Source of the DNA: a bacterium
Lineage (GTDB): Archaea > Thermoplasmatota > E2 > JACPAO01 > JAHFTW01
Reading direction: 5' to 3'
Length of the DNA: 64,000 nucleotides
Assembly: GCA_040390065.1 (NCBI GenBank)
Contig: JAZJZE010000006.1
Location: forward strand, 12,551 to 76,550
Shown: positions 51,826 through 61,277 of the stretch, in pieces
How the letters are laid out: every line of letters starts with the position of its first letter
Numbering within the stretch: position 1 is the stretch's first letter
Notes under the pieces: generated by a model
What the model was told of the DNA's origin: nothing
Seen by the model: only the letters and a program-made list of their open reading frames with translations
The model's database searches: none
Translations under genes and position numbers: made by a program

Positions 51826-53484
51826 CTAGCGCCGCCGGGCCGCGAACGCGACGGCGATGGCTGCCAGAGCGAAGACCGTCGCGGGCGCAGGTGAGCCGTG
51901 GGCCTGGCCGTCTTCGGTTGCAGGAGGCGTCGGCGCCGCCGCCATCGGGTATCCCGGTCCCCCGCCGACGTCGAAGATGACGAGCTGCAGCGGGCACATC
52001 TCGCCTGGCCCGCCGCTGTTGCACTGGTTGCCGTAGAACGTCATCGTCGGCCGCGGCTCGAGCGCAAAGGGCGACAGCAGGAGTTGGTACAGTCCAGACG
52101 GCAGGCTGACGTTGACGTCGAAGGTGCCGGTCTCGTGCGTGTGCAGTTTGCCGGCAGCCACCGTGATGAAGCGGTTGTCCCCGGACAGGAGGTTACGGAT
52201 CGCATAGTCGACCTCCGAGTGCTGCAGCGGGTTTCCGGCGGCGTCATGGATGAACAGGTGCAGCTTGAACGGGATGCCGTTTGCGTGGCCGTTCAGGCCG
52301 GAGATGTCGACGTACTCGATGGGTGAGGCAAGCGACAGCGGGACCGTCCCTTGTCCAGGCAAGGCCGCATCGATTGGTGGGACGACGGCGTACGGCAGGT
52401 CGATGTGGGCCGACCAGTTGCCGCGGGTGGCGTCGACGGACAGGACGTACTCGCCGACCGGCTCGACGGCCGTGAACTCGTAGATGCCGTCGTACTCATG
52501 CAGCGTCTTCGAAGTGAAGATCGTGTACCCGGTGCCGCGTTGCGTCAGGGTCGCGACGACGTTGACGTGCGGCACGGGGTGATGGGTGATCGGGTCCATG
52601 GCCAGTGCCGTGAGGCGCATCTGCGTCTGCGGGCCGACCGTGGTCCACGGGTCGTACGTGCCGACGAGGGAGTACAGCCCGCCGGCCGGGGATTGCACGA
52701 CGGCATTGCTTTGCGGCTCGTCGGGCTGAACGATTGGCCCCGGCATGAACGCGGTCCCGACGACGCCCGGGGCAATCGTGACCAGCTTCGACGAGGTCAC
52801 GGGTTCGAACAGGGTCGTGCCGGGCCCGGGGAACGCGATGAAGCCCGTCACCGTGACGGTAAACGACGGCTCGTTGCCGGTGTACAGGTAGGAGACCTCC
52901 ATGGCCTCCGTGTGTGTGTGCGTCTTGGTGCGGAACTGCAAGCCGGAGGCGTCGCGCACCTCGAACCACGCGTCCGTGTGGTTGAGCGTTCGGCCGTGGT
53001 CGAGGAGTTGGAAGGTGAAGGTCGAGGGGACGCCGGGCGTGAAGGTTTCCGGCCCGGTCAGGGGCAACGTTGGGTAGCGCAAGACGGGGTCCTCCGGCGC
53101 GTCCATGACCGTGCCATTGAACATGGCCAGCATCGTGCCCGCCTCGTCGTAGTCCGCGACCGTGTACGTCCCGGCGGCCGGGAAGGTGACGTCGAACATG
53201 TTGACGCCGTCGTAGTCGTGGCCCGAGTCCGGCGTCGTCTCGAGGATCGGCACGCCGTTCAAGGTGACCTTGATGTGGTTCTGCTGGTGGTAGTCCGGGA
53301 CGACGTCGTCGCCCAGGTCCAGCACGCCGAAATGGGCGAGGTTGCCGACGAACTCGACGCCGTCCGCATTGGCGTCATGCGCAATGACCACCGCGGTCGC
53401 GGCGCCGTGCTCGTGCTGGGCGGATACGCTTGGCATCGCGAGGGCGAGAAGGACGACGGCGGCAAGGCCGGCGCGGCGCAACAT
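51826..53484 (-). CDS. Secreted hypothetical protein with Ig-like repeats and C-terminal hydrophobic anchor ending RRR
   Basis: Signal peptide MLRRAGLAAVVLLALAMPSVSA. His-rich N-terminal segment (QHEHG, HDANADG). C-terminus PAPATVFALAAIAVAFAARRR. The upstream 100-aa extension in the ORF track is Arg/Pro-rich and was rejected. Confidence 0.65.
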   Translation of the reverse strand: MLRRAGLAAVVLLALAMPSVSAQHEHGAATAVVIAHDANADGVEFVGNLAHFGVLDLGDDVVPDYHQQNHIKVTLNGVPILETTPDSGHDYDGVNMFDVTFPAAGTYTVADYDEAGTMLAMFNGTVMDAPEDPVLRYPTLPLTGPETFTPGVPSTFTFQLLDHGRTLNHTDAWFEVRDASGLQFRTKTHTHTEAMEVSYLYTGNEPSFTVTVTGFIAFPGPGTTLFEPVTSSKLVTIAPGVVGTAFMPGPIVQPDEPQSNAVVQSPAGGLYSLVGTYDPWTTVGPQTQMRLTALAMDPITHHPVPHVNVVATLTQRGTGYTIFTSKTLHEYDGIYEFTAVEPVGEYVLSVDATRGNWSAHIDLPYAVVPPIDAALPGQGTVPLSLASPIEYVDISGLNGHANGIPFKLHLFIHDAAGNPLQHSEVDYAIRNLLSGDNRFITVAAGKLHTHETGTFDVNVSLPSGLYQLLLSPFALEPRPTMTFYGNQCNSGGPGEMCPLQLVIFDVGGGPGYPMAAAPTPPATEDGQAHGSPAPATVFALAAIAVAFAARRR

Positions 53485-53551
53485 GCCACGGCACCTTGGG
53501 GATGGCCTCTTAAGCGCTGTCGTGCCGCCCGTGCGACCTCGGTCAACCGTC

Positions 53552-53557
53552 TTTATA
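53552..53557 (+). promoter_or_regulatory. TATA box (TTTATA) for a probably leaderless antiporter mRNA
   Basis: cTTTATAggg is centred about 27 nt upstream of ATG 53582. Confidence 0.5.
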
Positions 53558-53581
53558 GGGCATGCGGGACGTTTGCCCGCA

Positions 53582-55033
53582 ATGGCGGACGTCGCCGCGG
53601 TCTTCCTCGCCGTTGCGGGCATCACTCTCATCGGCTTCATCGCGGGCCGCATCTTCGAACGCACGGGATTCCCAGACATCCCGCTGCTGTTGGGCATCGG
53701 CCTGTTGGCTGGGCCCGTCAACCGCCTTGCCGTGGCAAACGGCGGCGGACTGCCCTGGCTCGACCACGCCATCGGCCAAGACACACTCCGCGCCGTCGGC
53801 CCCTACATGTCGGGTCTTGGCCTGGTCGTCATCCTCTTCGAGTCCGGACTGAAACTGGAGTTCCGCGGCTTCCGTTCGTCGATCGGCCCCGCGCTGCTGC
53901 ACACGCTGCCGATCTTCCTCGTGACCGTCGCGGGCATCGCCGCCATCGGCCACTGGGTGCTGGGGATGCCGAGCCTCGTTGCCGTCGTCCTCGGCGTCAC
54001 GCTCTCCAACGTCGGCCAGACGGTCTCGGCGGCGCTCATGCGCAGCATGTCGCTCTCGGCCGAGACGAAGGCCATCGGCTTCCTCGAGATGGCCCTCTAC
54101 GACCTCATCAGCATCCCCATCCTGGTGTCGCTCTTCTCCTTCTCCGGTGGCGTGGGCGGCGAGGCCGTCGGCGCGTCCGTTCGCAGCTTCTTCCAACTCG
54201 CGTCCATCTCGCTCGTGATCGGCGCCGCCTGCGGCATGGCGTGGATCCTTGCCTTGCGCCGCCTTGGCAACCACCCGCAAGCCTACATGCTCACGTTGGC
54301 GGTCCTTCTCGGGTTGTACGGGGTCACGCAGTTCCTCGGCGGTTCGGGCGCAATCGCAGTGCTGCTGTTCGGTCTCATGGTCGGCAACCGGTCGGCCCTT
54401 GCCAAGGTCTTCGGCACGGAGCCCGGCTCTGCGGCGGGGTCGCAACGCGTCGAGGCGTTCCACGACGAGATCAGCTTCTTCGTGCGCACGGTCTTCTTCC
54501 TGTACCTGGGCGCCAGTTTCTCCCTGGCGGTCACGGGTACGTGGCCGGTCACGACCGCTCTGCCCATCCTGTCCGCATTCAACAACCAAGGCGCCCTGTT
54601 TGCCATCGGTGCGATCCTGGTCGTGGCCTGGTTCGTCGCCGCCCGGTGGATCTGCATCAGCCTCATCTCGGTGCGCATCCGGCCGGCCACGCGCGGCCTC
54701 ATCCCGGTCTTCGGGCACGGCTTGGGCACGGCCGTGCTGGCGACGCTCCCGTTCGTCGCCGTGCAGTACCAGCCGGGGACGCACTTCTACGAGCAGTTCA
54801 ACCCGTGGGAACAGATGTTCCTGAACCTGGCCCTTCTCATCATCCTCGCGACCGTGCTTCTCTCTAGCATCCTGGTGTGGATGCAGGAAAGGCCCGTGCG
54901 ACAACGCAGGGCGGCCCGTGCCGAGCTCGCGTCGCGCGAGGACAAGCCGGCCGCGGCCGCGACGCCTTCGGCTCGACCGGCACCCGCCGCCAGCAAGCCG
55001 TCGGCGCCCGCGCCGCCACGGCGCAAGGCCTGA
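53582..55033 (+). CDS. Cation/proton (Na+/H+) antiporter, CPA1-like
   Basis: Polytopic membrane protein with Na_H_exchanger-like blocks (PDIPLLLGIGLLAGP, VVILFESGLKLE). Hydrophilic Ala/Pro-rich C-terminal tail. Confidence 0.8.
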   Translation: MADVAAVFLAVAGITLIGFIAGRIFERTGFPDIPLLLGIGLLAGPVNRLAVANGGGLPWLDHAIGQDTLRAVGPYMSGLGLVVILFESGLKLEFRGFRSSIGPALLHTLPIFLVTVAGIAAIGHWVLGMPSLVAVVLGVTLSNVGQTVSAALMRSMSLSAETKAIGFLEMALYDLISIPILVSLFSFSGGVGGEAVGASVRSFFQLASISLVIGAACGMAWILALRRLGNHPQAYMLTLAVLLGLYGVTQFLGGSGAIAVLLFGLMVGNRSALAKVFGTEPGSAAGSQRVEAFHDEISFFVRTVFFLYLGASFSLAVTGTWPVTTALPILSAFNNQGALFAIGAILVVAWFVAARWICISLISVRIRPATRGLIPVFGHGLGTAVLATLPFVAVQYQPGTHFYEQFNPWEQMFLNLALLIILATVLLSSILVWMQERPVRQRRAARAELASREDKPAAAATPSARPAPAASKPSAPAPPRRKA

Positions 55034-55035
55034 CC

Positions 55036-55386
55036 TCAGGACTTGCCGTCCGCCCGGTCCGCCAGGACGCCGGCCCGTCGTGTCAGCGCGGCAAGGGTTC
55101 CGCTCGTCGACAAGGTCACCACGGTCAGGGCATGCCGCGCTCCGCCTTCCCTGACTGCCGCGATGCGCGGCAGCAAGCGGCGCGCGGCGGCGAGGCGCTC
55201 GTGCGGCACGCGGACGGCGGCGTGCGGCCAGGCAAAGCGCGTGAGTTGCGGGACGTCCGCCTCCAGCCAACCGTCGGCGAGCGCCTGCTCGCGTAGGGCG
55301 GCGGCAAACGCGCGGCGCCCGACGGGCGTCTGCGCGGCCAACTGCACGAGGACATGCCGCGGCCGGTCCATCGCGACTTTGCTCAT
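55036..55386 (-). CDS. Possible RNase P protein component 2 (Pop5-like)
   Basis: 116 aa. The pattern RPRHVLVQL ... AAVRVPHERLAAARRLL ... ALTVVTLSTSGTLAALTRRA resembles archaeal Pop5 (RxRYI..., GIIRCxR..., VSGTIKxL), recalled from memory. ATGA overlap with the upstream gene. Confidence 0.45.
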   Translation of the reverse strand: MSKVAMDRPRHVLVQLAAQTPVGRRAFAAALREQALADGWLEADVPQLTRFAWPHAAVRVPHERLAAARRLLPRIAAVREGGARHALTVVTLSTSGTLAALTRRAGVLADRADGKS

Positions 55387-56267
55387 GCGGCGCCCCCTTG
55401 GCGTTCGTGCTCGGCCACCTTGGCGAGGCGGTTGAGGATGGCGTTGCGGCGCCGCGACCGCAGCCAACTCTGCAGGCTCGTCAGCAGCGGAAGGACGAGG
55501 GCGAGGGGCAGGGCGGTCGCAAGGGGCATGTGGGCGGCGCCAGCCAGCAGCCAGAGCACCGGGGCGGCGCAGGCGAAGAGGAAGACGATGGCGAAGAACG
55601 GCAGGAACGGGCGGCGGGCCTCGGCGAGCAGACGGTCCCGGCTTGCCGCGTCGAGGTGCTCGGCGGTGGCGACGAGAGGACGCCCTTGCTGGGCAAAGAT
55701 GGCCCGCACCACATCCATGCCCTCGCGGTAGCCGCGGCTGCGGCGCGTGTTCTCGGCAAAACGCGTCGGGGTGAAGCGGACGGTCTCGAACGATCCATCG
55801 CGCAGTTCCAGGCCGAGGCCCGTCTGGGTTACCTTCCCGTCGGACGAGGCAAACGGCGAGACGAAGGCGCCGGTCACGTCGTAGCTGGCGGGGAAGGCAG
55901 CGGCAACCTCTTCCCAGCGCACGAACGGGCGGTGCCACCGCGCGGCCAGGAAGCGGCTGGGGGCGAGGCCCTGCTCATGGATGCGGATCGGGCTACGCCA
56001 GAGGGCGATCATGAAGAGCAGGACGGCCGCGACGGGGGCAGCGTACACGGCATACAGAAGCGGACGGTTGTCCCGGAGGGCGTTCTCCAGCGACCCCATG
56101 GCGCAGACGGCAAGCGTCACGATGAGGCCGGCGTACAGGATGGGATGGGCCCGAGGCGGCCGGTATTCCCAGAGGATGGCCCCACGTTCCTGCACGAGCG
56201 GCCGAGGCTCCGTGGCCACAAGGGTTTGCCGGCCAGACGGCATGCAGGGGCCAGCCTCTACGCTCAT
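55383..56267 (-). CDS. Hypothetical integral membrane protein
   Basis: Two N-terminal helices and two C-terminal helices flank a soluble middle domain. The longer N-terminal extension in the ORF track (to 56651) is Arg/Pro/Gly-rich and antisense to the coiled-coil gene. Confidence 0.55.
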   Translation of the reverse strand: MSVEAGPCMPSGRQTLVATEPRPLVQERGAILWEYRPPRAHPILYAGLIVTLAVCAMGSLENALRDNRPLLYAVYAAPVAAVLLFMIALWRSPIRIHEQGLAPSRFLAARWHRPFVRWEEVAAAFPASYDVTGAFVSPFASSDGKVTQTGLGLELRDGSFETVRFTPTRFAENTRRSRGYREGMDVVRAIFAQQGRPLVATAEHLDAASRDRLLAEARRPFLPFFAIVFLFACAAPVLWLLAGAAHMPLATALPLALVLPLLTSLQSWLRSRRRNAILNRLAKVAEHERQGGAA

Positions 56268-56293
56268 CAACCGGCCCGTTTGTCGCCAACCCC

Positions 56294-58723
56294 GTGCCCC
56301 CGCCGCCTGAGGGCCCCATCCGCCGCGTCGTTGCCGACCCCAAGGCGGAGGCGCGTTGGCAAAAGGCGATGGAGCGCTCCCGCGAGATTCAGGCCAAGCG
56401 TGAGGCCAAGGGGAAGGCCAAGCAGGAGAAGGCGGCGGCGCGCCAGGCTCGCGGCGGACTCTTCGGCAAGATGATGGGGCGAAAGGTCCGCGAGGCCGCC
56501 CCCGACCTATCCCCTTCAGCCACGAGGCCGCCCCCGCCGCCGCCAGACGCGCCATCCGACTGGGGCGAGTCGGTTGCCGTTGCGCTCCCGCCGCCGCAGC
56601 CCGCCCGACCCAGGGTGACCGCGGCCCCCCGGGTCCCGCAGTGGCACGCATCGCCGGAGCCCGAGCCCCTCGTGACGGCGCCCAAGAAGGCCCGGCCAGC
56701 CAAGCCTGGCAAACCTACCGCGCGCAAGTCCAAGCCCGCCCTCCAACTTCCCCCGCCGGACGCGCGCGACGACGAGAGGCGGCAACTCGAACGCGAGAAG
56801 GCGGCCCTCGAGCAGGAGCGCGCCCGTCTCGCCGGGGAGTTGGAGCAGGCGCAGCGCCGCGCCGCGGAAGCCGAGCGCCACCGCAGCGAGGAAGAGCGCC
56901 GGCGCCACCGCGAGGAGCAGCGGCGAGCCGACGAGGAGCAGCGCCGCAAGGAGGCCGAGCGGCAGCGCAAGGAGGCCGACGCCTCGCGCGGCGAGGCGGA
57001 GAAGGAAGCGCGGCGCCTGCAGGCCCTTGCGGATGAGCACCGCTTGCGCGAGAAGGAAAGCCGGAAGGCCGTCTTGGAGGGCGAACGCGAGCGCAAGCGC
57101 CTCGAGGGGGAGAGCGGGCGCGCCATGCGTGAGGCCCGAACGGCCCACGATGAGGCGGCCAAGGCCCGCGTTGCCTTGGATGCCGTGGAGGCGCAGCGCA
57201 AGGAACTGGAGGGGGAGAGGCAAGCGCTGACGGTCCGCATGGCCGCCGCCCAACGACGCGAGGTGACCGCGGAAGCCCAGCGTATCCGCGACCGCGAAGC
57301 GATCCTGCAGCAATCGGCCGAGGCGCTGCGCCGCGAGCACGACCGCTTGGCGCAGGAGGCTCGCTTGCGCGAGGAAGCGCAGCGGCGTTCCCAGGAGGCC
57401 GTTGCCGAGGCCGGCGCGCGTGCCGAGGCTGCAGCCGCCGCCGAAGGCGCCCTTGCTGCAGAACGCGCCCGCGTGCAGGAGCTTTCGCAGGCCCGCGAGC
57501 GCGACCGCCAGGACGCCGAGCGGCGCTTGCGGGAGCAGGAGCTGGCCGTGAAGGGCGCCCGCGCCGAGCTCGAACGCGCCCAGGCCCTCCGGAAGGCGCG
57601 CGAAGGAGAAATGGAGGAGCTGCGCTCAACTGCGGCCCGCCTGCGCGACGAGGCCGCAGCGAGCCGCGTCGTCGTCGATCGCATGCAAGGCGAACAGGCC
57701 GCGGCTCGCAGGGAGGCGGCGGAGCACCAGAAGCGGGTGGCCGACCTGCAGGCGCAGGCCCGGCAAGCCGCCGCCGACGCCGAGCGGCTCGCTGCGACGG
57801 CCGCGGAGGCGGCAAAGCGCCAGGCCGCGCTCGAGGCGCGCGCCGCGCAGCAGGCGACGGCAATCTCCAAGCTCGAGCGCGAGCGCCGCGAGGCCGTCGA
57901 AGGCCGGCGCGAGACGGCGCAGGAGGTCGAGCGGCGCATCGCCGAGGCCCAACGCCTGCAGCTGGACAGCGAGGCGACGCGGCGCGAACTGGCCGCCCAG
58001 CGCGAGGCAGCTGTTGCCATCCGGGAAGAGCAGGAGGCCTCACGTGCCGAGGTGGAGGCGTTGCGCCGCCAGGAGGCGATCGCGGCGGAGCGGGGTCGGG
58101 CGTTGGCTCAGGTCGAGCGGGAGCGCGCCGATGCCGAGGCCCGACTGCGGCGCTCGCAGGAAGAGCGGGCCAAGGCGGAGGCCGCGCTTGCCGCCGAGGT
58201 CGAGGCCGTGCGCCGCGAGGCCGCGCGGTCCCGTCTCGCCCTCGAGCAACGTTTGGCGGAGGCCGAAGCCGCTGCCGCCGGTGCGGCCGTGCCCGCCGCC
58301 GTTCCTCTCCTGCCGACGCCGGCCGAACCGCCCGCACCCGCAGCCGACGCCGGGGTCCGGGGTCGGCTGGGCCATCTCGTCAAGGAGGCGCGCTCCATGC
58401 CGGCGCACGAAGTGGTGCAGCCCCGTGGCAAGGCTCCTGCGCCCGGCGGTCGGGCCATCGAGCCCTGGGAGGATGCAGCGGCGTGGGAGCAGGACAAGGA
58501 GCGGGCCGTGCAAGAGGCCGAGGAGCGACTGCGCAAGCAGCGCGAGGAGTCGAAGTGGCGGGCGCGCAACTTGGCGGTGAGCGGCATGGAACTGGATGCG
58601 GCCGCTGGCGTCATGCCGACAGAGGCGCCCGACGATCCCACCCTCCCGCCGCATGGCAAAGGAGCCGCGGGGCATGCGCCCAAGAAGAAGGGGCGGCGCG
58701 CCGACGACCGGCGCTGGGGTTGA
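56294..58723 (+). CDS. Long E/R/A-rich coiled-coil protein (about 800 aa)
   Basis: A run of about 550 aa of heptad-like charged sequence (EREKAALEQERARLAGELEQAQRRAAEAE...), flanked by Pro-rich and basic termini. No TM segment. Coding-like third-position bias. GTG start at 56294; alternative ATG at 56369. Confidence 0.6.
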   Translation: MPPPPEGPIRRVVADPKAEARWQKAMERSREIQAKREAKGKAKQEKAAARQARGGLFGKMMGRKVREAAPDLSPSATRPPPPPPDAPSDWGESVAVALPPPQPARPRVTAAPRVPQWHASPEPEPLVTAPKKARPAKPGKPTARKSKPALQLPPPDARDDERRQLEREKAALEQERARLAGELEQAQRRAAEAERHRSEEERRRHREEQRRADEEQRRKEAERQRKEADASRGEAEKEARRLQALADEHRLREKESRKAVLEGERERKRLEGESGRAMREARTAHDEAAKARVALDAVEAQRKELEGERQALTVRMAAAQRREVTAEAQRIRDREAILQQSAEALRREHDRLAQEARLREEAQRRSQEAVAEAGARAEAAAAAEGALAAERARVQELSQARERDRQDAERRLREQELAVKGARAELERAQALRKAREGEMEELRSTAARLRDEAAASRVVVDRMQGEQAAARREAAEHQKRVADLQAQARQAAADAERLAATAAEAAKRQAALEARAAQQATAISKLERERREAVEGRRETAQEVERRIAEAQRLQLDSEATRRELAAQREAAVAIREEQEASRAEVEALRRQEAIAAERGRALAQVERERADAEARLRRSQEERAKAEAALAAEVEAVRREAARSRLALEQRLAEAEAAAAGAAVPAAVPLLPTPAEPPAPAADAGVRGRLGHLVKEARSMPAHEVVQPRGKAPAPGGRAIEPWEDAAAWEQDKERAVQEAEERLRKQREESKWRARNLAVSGMELDAAAGVMPTEAPDDPTLPPHGKGAAGHAPKKKGRRADDRRWG

Positions 58724-58729
58724 CGGGCG

Positions 58730-59113
58730 CTACGACAAGTTCAGGATGGCCTGCGCCAGGTCGCCGTCGGTCTCCAGCAAGGCCTTGCGGGCTGCCGCCT
58801 CGGATGCGCTTGCCGCCTGCATGACGGTCTGGATGTCCTCCGGCGTGGGGGCGTATGCCGGGCTTGGCGCCTCCGCCGGTTGGGGCTTCGCTGCGGGCGC
58901 CGACCCTGCACGCTCGGAGACGTCCGGCTTGCCGACGACGGTCCAAGTCTCCTGGCCCTGCGCCTTCATCACCGAGACCTGGGCCTTGCGGAAGCGGTAC
59001 TCCCTGTCGAGCGTGCGGATGGTGACCTCCTCGACGCCTTCGATGTCGCGCACGTCGATGCCCATGCGCTTCATCGCAGCCGCCATCGCCCGGGGGTCCA
59101 TTCCCATCGCCAT
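58730..59113 (-). CDS. nac: Nascent polypeptide-associated complex protein (archaeal NAC)
   Basis: MDPRAMAAAMKRMGIDVRDIEGVEEVTIRT (NAC domain) and a C-terminal UBA-like block EDIQTVMQAASASEAAARKALLETDGDLAQAI. Several closely spaced start candidates (59101-59125). Confidence 0.85.
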   Translation of the reverse strand: MAMGMDPRAMAAAMKRMGIDVRDIEGVEEVTIRTLDREYRFRKAQVSVMKAQGQETWTVVGKPDVSERAGSAPAAKPQPAEAPSPAYAPTPEDIQTVMQAASASEAAARKALLETDGDLAQAILNLS

Positions 59114-59157
59114 TGCAAAGGCCAAGCCTCAAGCCTCCTTGACGTTTTTGACGCCCC

Positions 59158-60627
59158 GTGACAGGCGCCCCACCGGCGGCCATCCCATTGAGCGCCCGCG
59201 ACGTGCGCCGCCTCGACGGCAACGCGGAGGAACTCGGCGTCCCCGTCGCAACCCTGATGGCCAACGCGGGCCAGGCCGTCGCAGAAGCCGTCATGGATCA
59301 TGTGCGCAAGGGCGGCGAGGCCCTCGTCATGGTGGGCAAGGGCAACAACGGCGGCGACGGGCTGGCCGCCGCGGTCGAGCTGCAGAGCCTCGGCCGCAAG
59401 GCGTGGGTCGTGCTTGCGGAGCCCCCCGAGCGGCTGTCGCGGCCGGCCGCCTCCTTCTTCAAGCGCCTCAAGCCCGGCTCCTGGATGGTGTGGACCGGTC
59501 GCCCCGCGCCCGGCTGGGCCAAGGTGCCGGTCGTCGTCGACGCCCTGCTGGGCATCGGCCTGTCGGGCCCGCCCCGGCCGCCCTACGCGCAGATGATCGA
59601 GTGGATGAACGCCCGCCGCCAGGCCGGCACGGAGGTCATCTCCTGCGACGTGCCAAGCGGCCTCGGTCACAAGCCCGCGGTACGCCCAACGCGCACCATC
59701 ACCTTCCATGGCATCAAGGAAGGCATGCATGACCGCAACTGCGGCGCAATCGAAGTCGCGGAGATCGGCATCCCGCCCGCCGCCGAGACGGACGTCGGCT
59801 TCGGCGACCTCGTCGTCGGCTATCCGGTCCCGGCCGCCGACTCGCACAAGGGCCAAAACGGCGTGCTCCTCATGATTGCCGGCTCGATCCCGTACTCGGG
59901 CGCGCCGTTCTATTCGGGGACCGCCGCCTACCGGACCGGCTGCGACCTGGTGCACGTCGCGACGGCTCTCGACGCCGCCCAAGCCATCCGTGGCTATGGG
60001 CCGCACATCATCGTGCACGACGTCTGCAAGGGCCCGCGGCTGCAGGTCGAGGCCATCCCGAACATCCGCCGGCTCTTGCCCCGCGCCTCGGCCGTCCTCG
60101 TGGGTCCGGGACTCGGCGACGACGCCCGGACACGGCGCGCCGTGGCCCAAGTCCTCAAGGATGCGGCCCGCCGCGACCTGCCCATCGTGGTCGACGCCGA
60201 CGGACTCGACGCCATCACCCCTGCGCTTCTTGCCCGGCATGGACACAAGATGGTCCTCACGCCGCATACCCGCGAGTTCGAGGACCTGACGGGCAAACCG
60301 GCGACGGACGGCAACGTGCAGGCTTACGCCGCCCAGTCGGGCGTCACCGTCTTGTGCAAGGGTGCCGTGCGCATCATCTCCGATGGCACTCGCATGCGAT
60401 GGTGCCGCCGCGGCCATCCGACCCTGACAGTCGGCGGCATCGGCGACGTCATCGCGGGCACGACGGCGGCTCTCATGGCCAAAGGTGCAGCGCCGTTCGA
60501 TGCGGCCTGCGCGGCATCGTATCTCGTGGGCTGCGCTGGCGAGCAGGCCGCGGAGATGTGGAGCTACGGCGCGACCGCGACCGACGTGGCCAACGCGATT
60601 CCCGCCGTCCTGCGACGCCTACCGTGA
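59158..60627 (+). CDS. nnr: Bifunctional NAD(P)H-hydrate epimerase/dehydratase
   Basis: YjeF_N block (VMVGKGNNGGDGLAAA) followed by a carbohydrate-kinase-like dehydratase domain (KGQNGVLLMIAGS, VGPGLG, GGIGDVIAGT). Confidence 0.85.
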   Translation: MTGAPPAAIPLSARDVRRLDGNAEELGVPVATLMANAGQAVAEAVMDHVRKGGEALVMVGKGNNGGDGLAAAVELQSLGRKAWVVLAEPPERLSRPAASFFKRLKPGSWMVWTGRPAPGWAKVPVVVDALLGIGLSGPPRPPYAQMIEWMNARRQAGTEVISCDVPSGLGHKPAVRPTRTITFHGIKEGMHDRNCGAIEVAEIGIPPAAETDVGFGDLVVGYPVPAADSHKGQNGVLLMIAGSIPYSGAPFYSGTAAYRTGCDLVHVATALDAAQAIRGYGPHIIVHDVCKGPRLQVEAIPNIRRLLPRASAVLVGPGLGDDARTRRAVAQVLKDAARRDLPIVVDADGLDAITPALLARHGHKMVLTPHTREFEDLTGKPATDGNVQAYAAQSGVTVLCKGAVRIISDGTRMRWCRRGHPTLTVGGIGDVIAGTTAALMAKGAAPFDAACAASYLVGCAGEQAAEMWSYGATATDVANAIPAVLRRLP

Positions 60628-60677
60628 CGCACAGGCCGAGGCCTGACCGAATCAGGCCATGAGACGACGCGCGTTCC

Positions 60678-61277
60678 TTGCATGTGCGCTGGCGCCTACG
60701 TCCCCTCCTCATCGCGGCAATCCTGGAACTAGCGGGCCTCGCATGGCTGGCCCACGGCAGCCCCATCCTCGACATCGCGCCAGCCGATGCCGCGGGCTTC
60801 GAAGGCCAAGGCCCCGTGCGCATCGCGGGCATGGCCTCCGATGTTGCGCCGGCCCCTTCGGGCTCGACCAGATTCCTGCTTCGCGCGGACGGTGCTGCCA
60901 TCGCCGTGCAAGTCGATGGACCTGTGGCGCTGGGCGACGGTGTCTGGGTCGCCGCGCAGGGCCGCGTCATGCGTCAAGGCGGACGGCTCACGCTCGCCGT
61001 CGGGTCCGCCGACGACGTGCATGCCGAAGCCGGGCCAGATCCGCAGACGCCGTCATGGGCCCAACTGGCGGCATCACCGTCAGCCTGGCATGACCGACGC
61101 ATCCGCCTGGCGGGAGACATCGACCGGGGCAGCCTCGCGGACAAAGACGGCCACCGCATCCAACTCGGCGCCGGGGACTGGCCCAAGGTCGGCGCCGTCG
61201 AAGCCACCGGCTTCATCGAGTACGCGGCCGGCTGCCTGTGCGAACGCATGGTCGCCTCTCTGGTGCGCCTGACCTGA
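60678..61277 (+). CDS. Hypothetical membrane-anchored protein
   Basis: N-terminal TM helix LRPLLIAAILELAGLAWL, then beta-rich segments. TTG (60678) or GTG (60684) start. Stop overlaps the next ATG by 1 nt. Confidence 0.45.
   Translation: MHVRWRLRPLLIAAILELAGLAWLAHGSPILDIAPADAAGFEGQGPVRIAGMASDVAPAPSGSTRFLLRADGAAIAVQVDGPVALGDGVWVAAQGRVMRQGGRLTLAVGSADDVHAEAGPDPQTPSWAQLAASPSAWHDRRIRLAGDIDRGSLADKDGHRIQLGAGDWPKVGAVEATGFIEYAAGCLCERMVASLVRLT

Noticed and set aside
56389-58337. Two ORFs of about 540 aa on the minus strand antisense to the coiled-coil gene
   Set aside because: Their translations are Ala/Arg/Ser/Pro low-complexity (for example SRRAASLSS..., PRRGAAP...), generated by the purine-rich periodic plus-strand sequence. 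The plus frame gives a regular charged heptad pattern with better third-position bias. The frame still deserves experimental confirmation.
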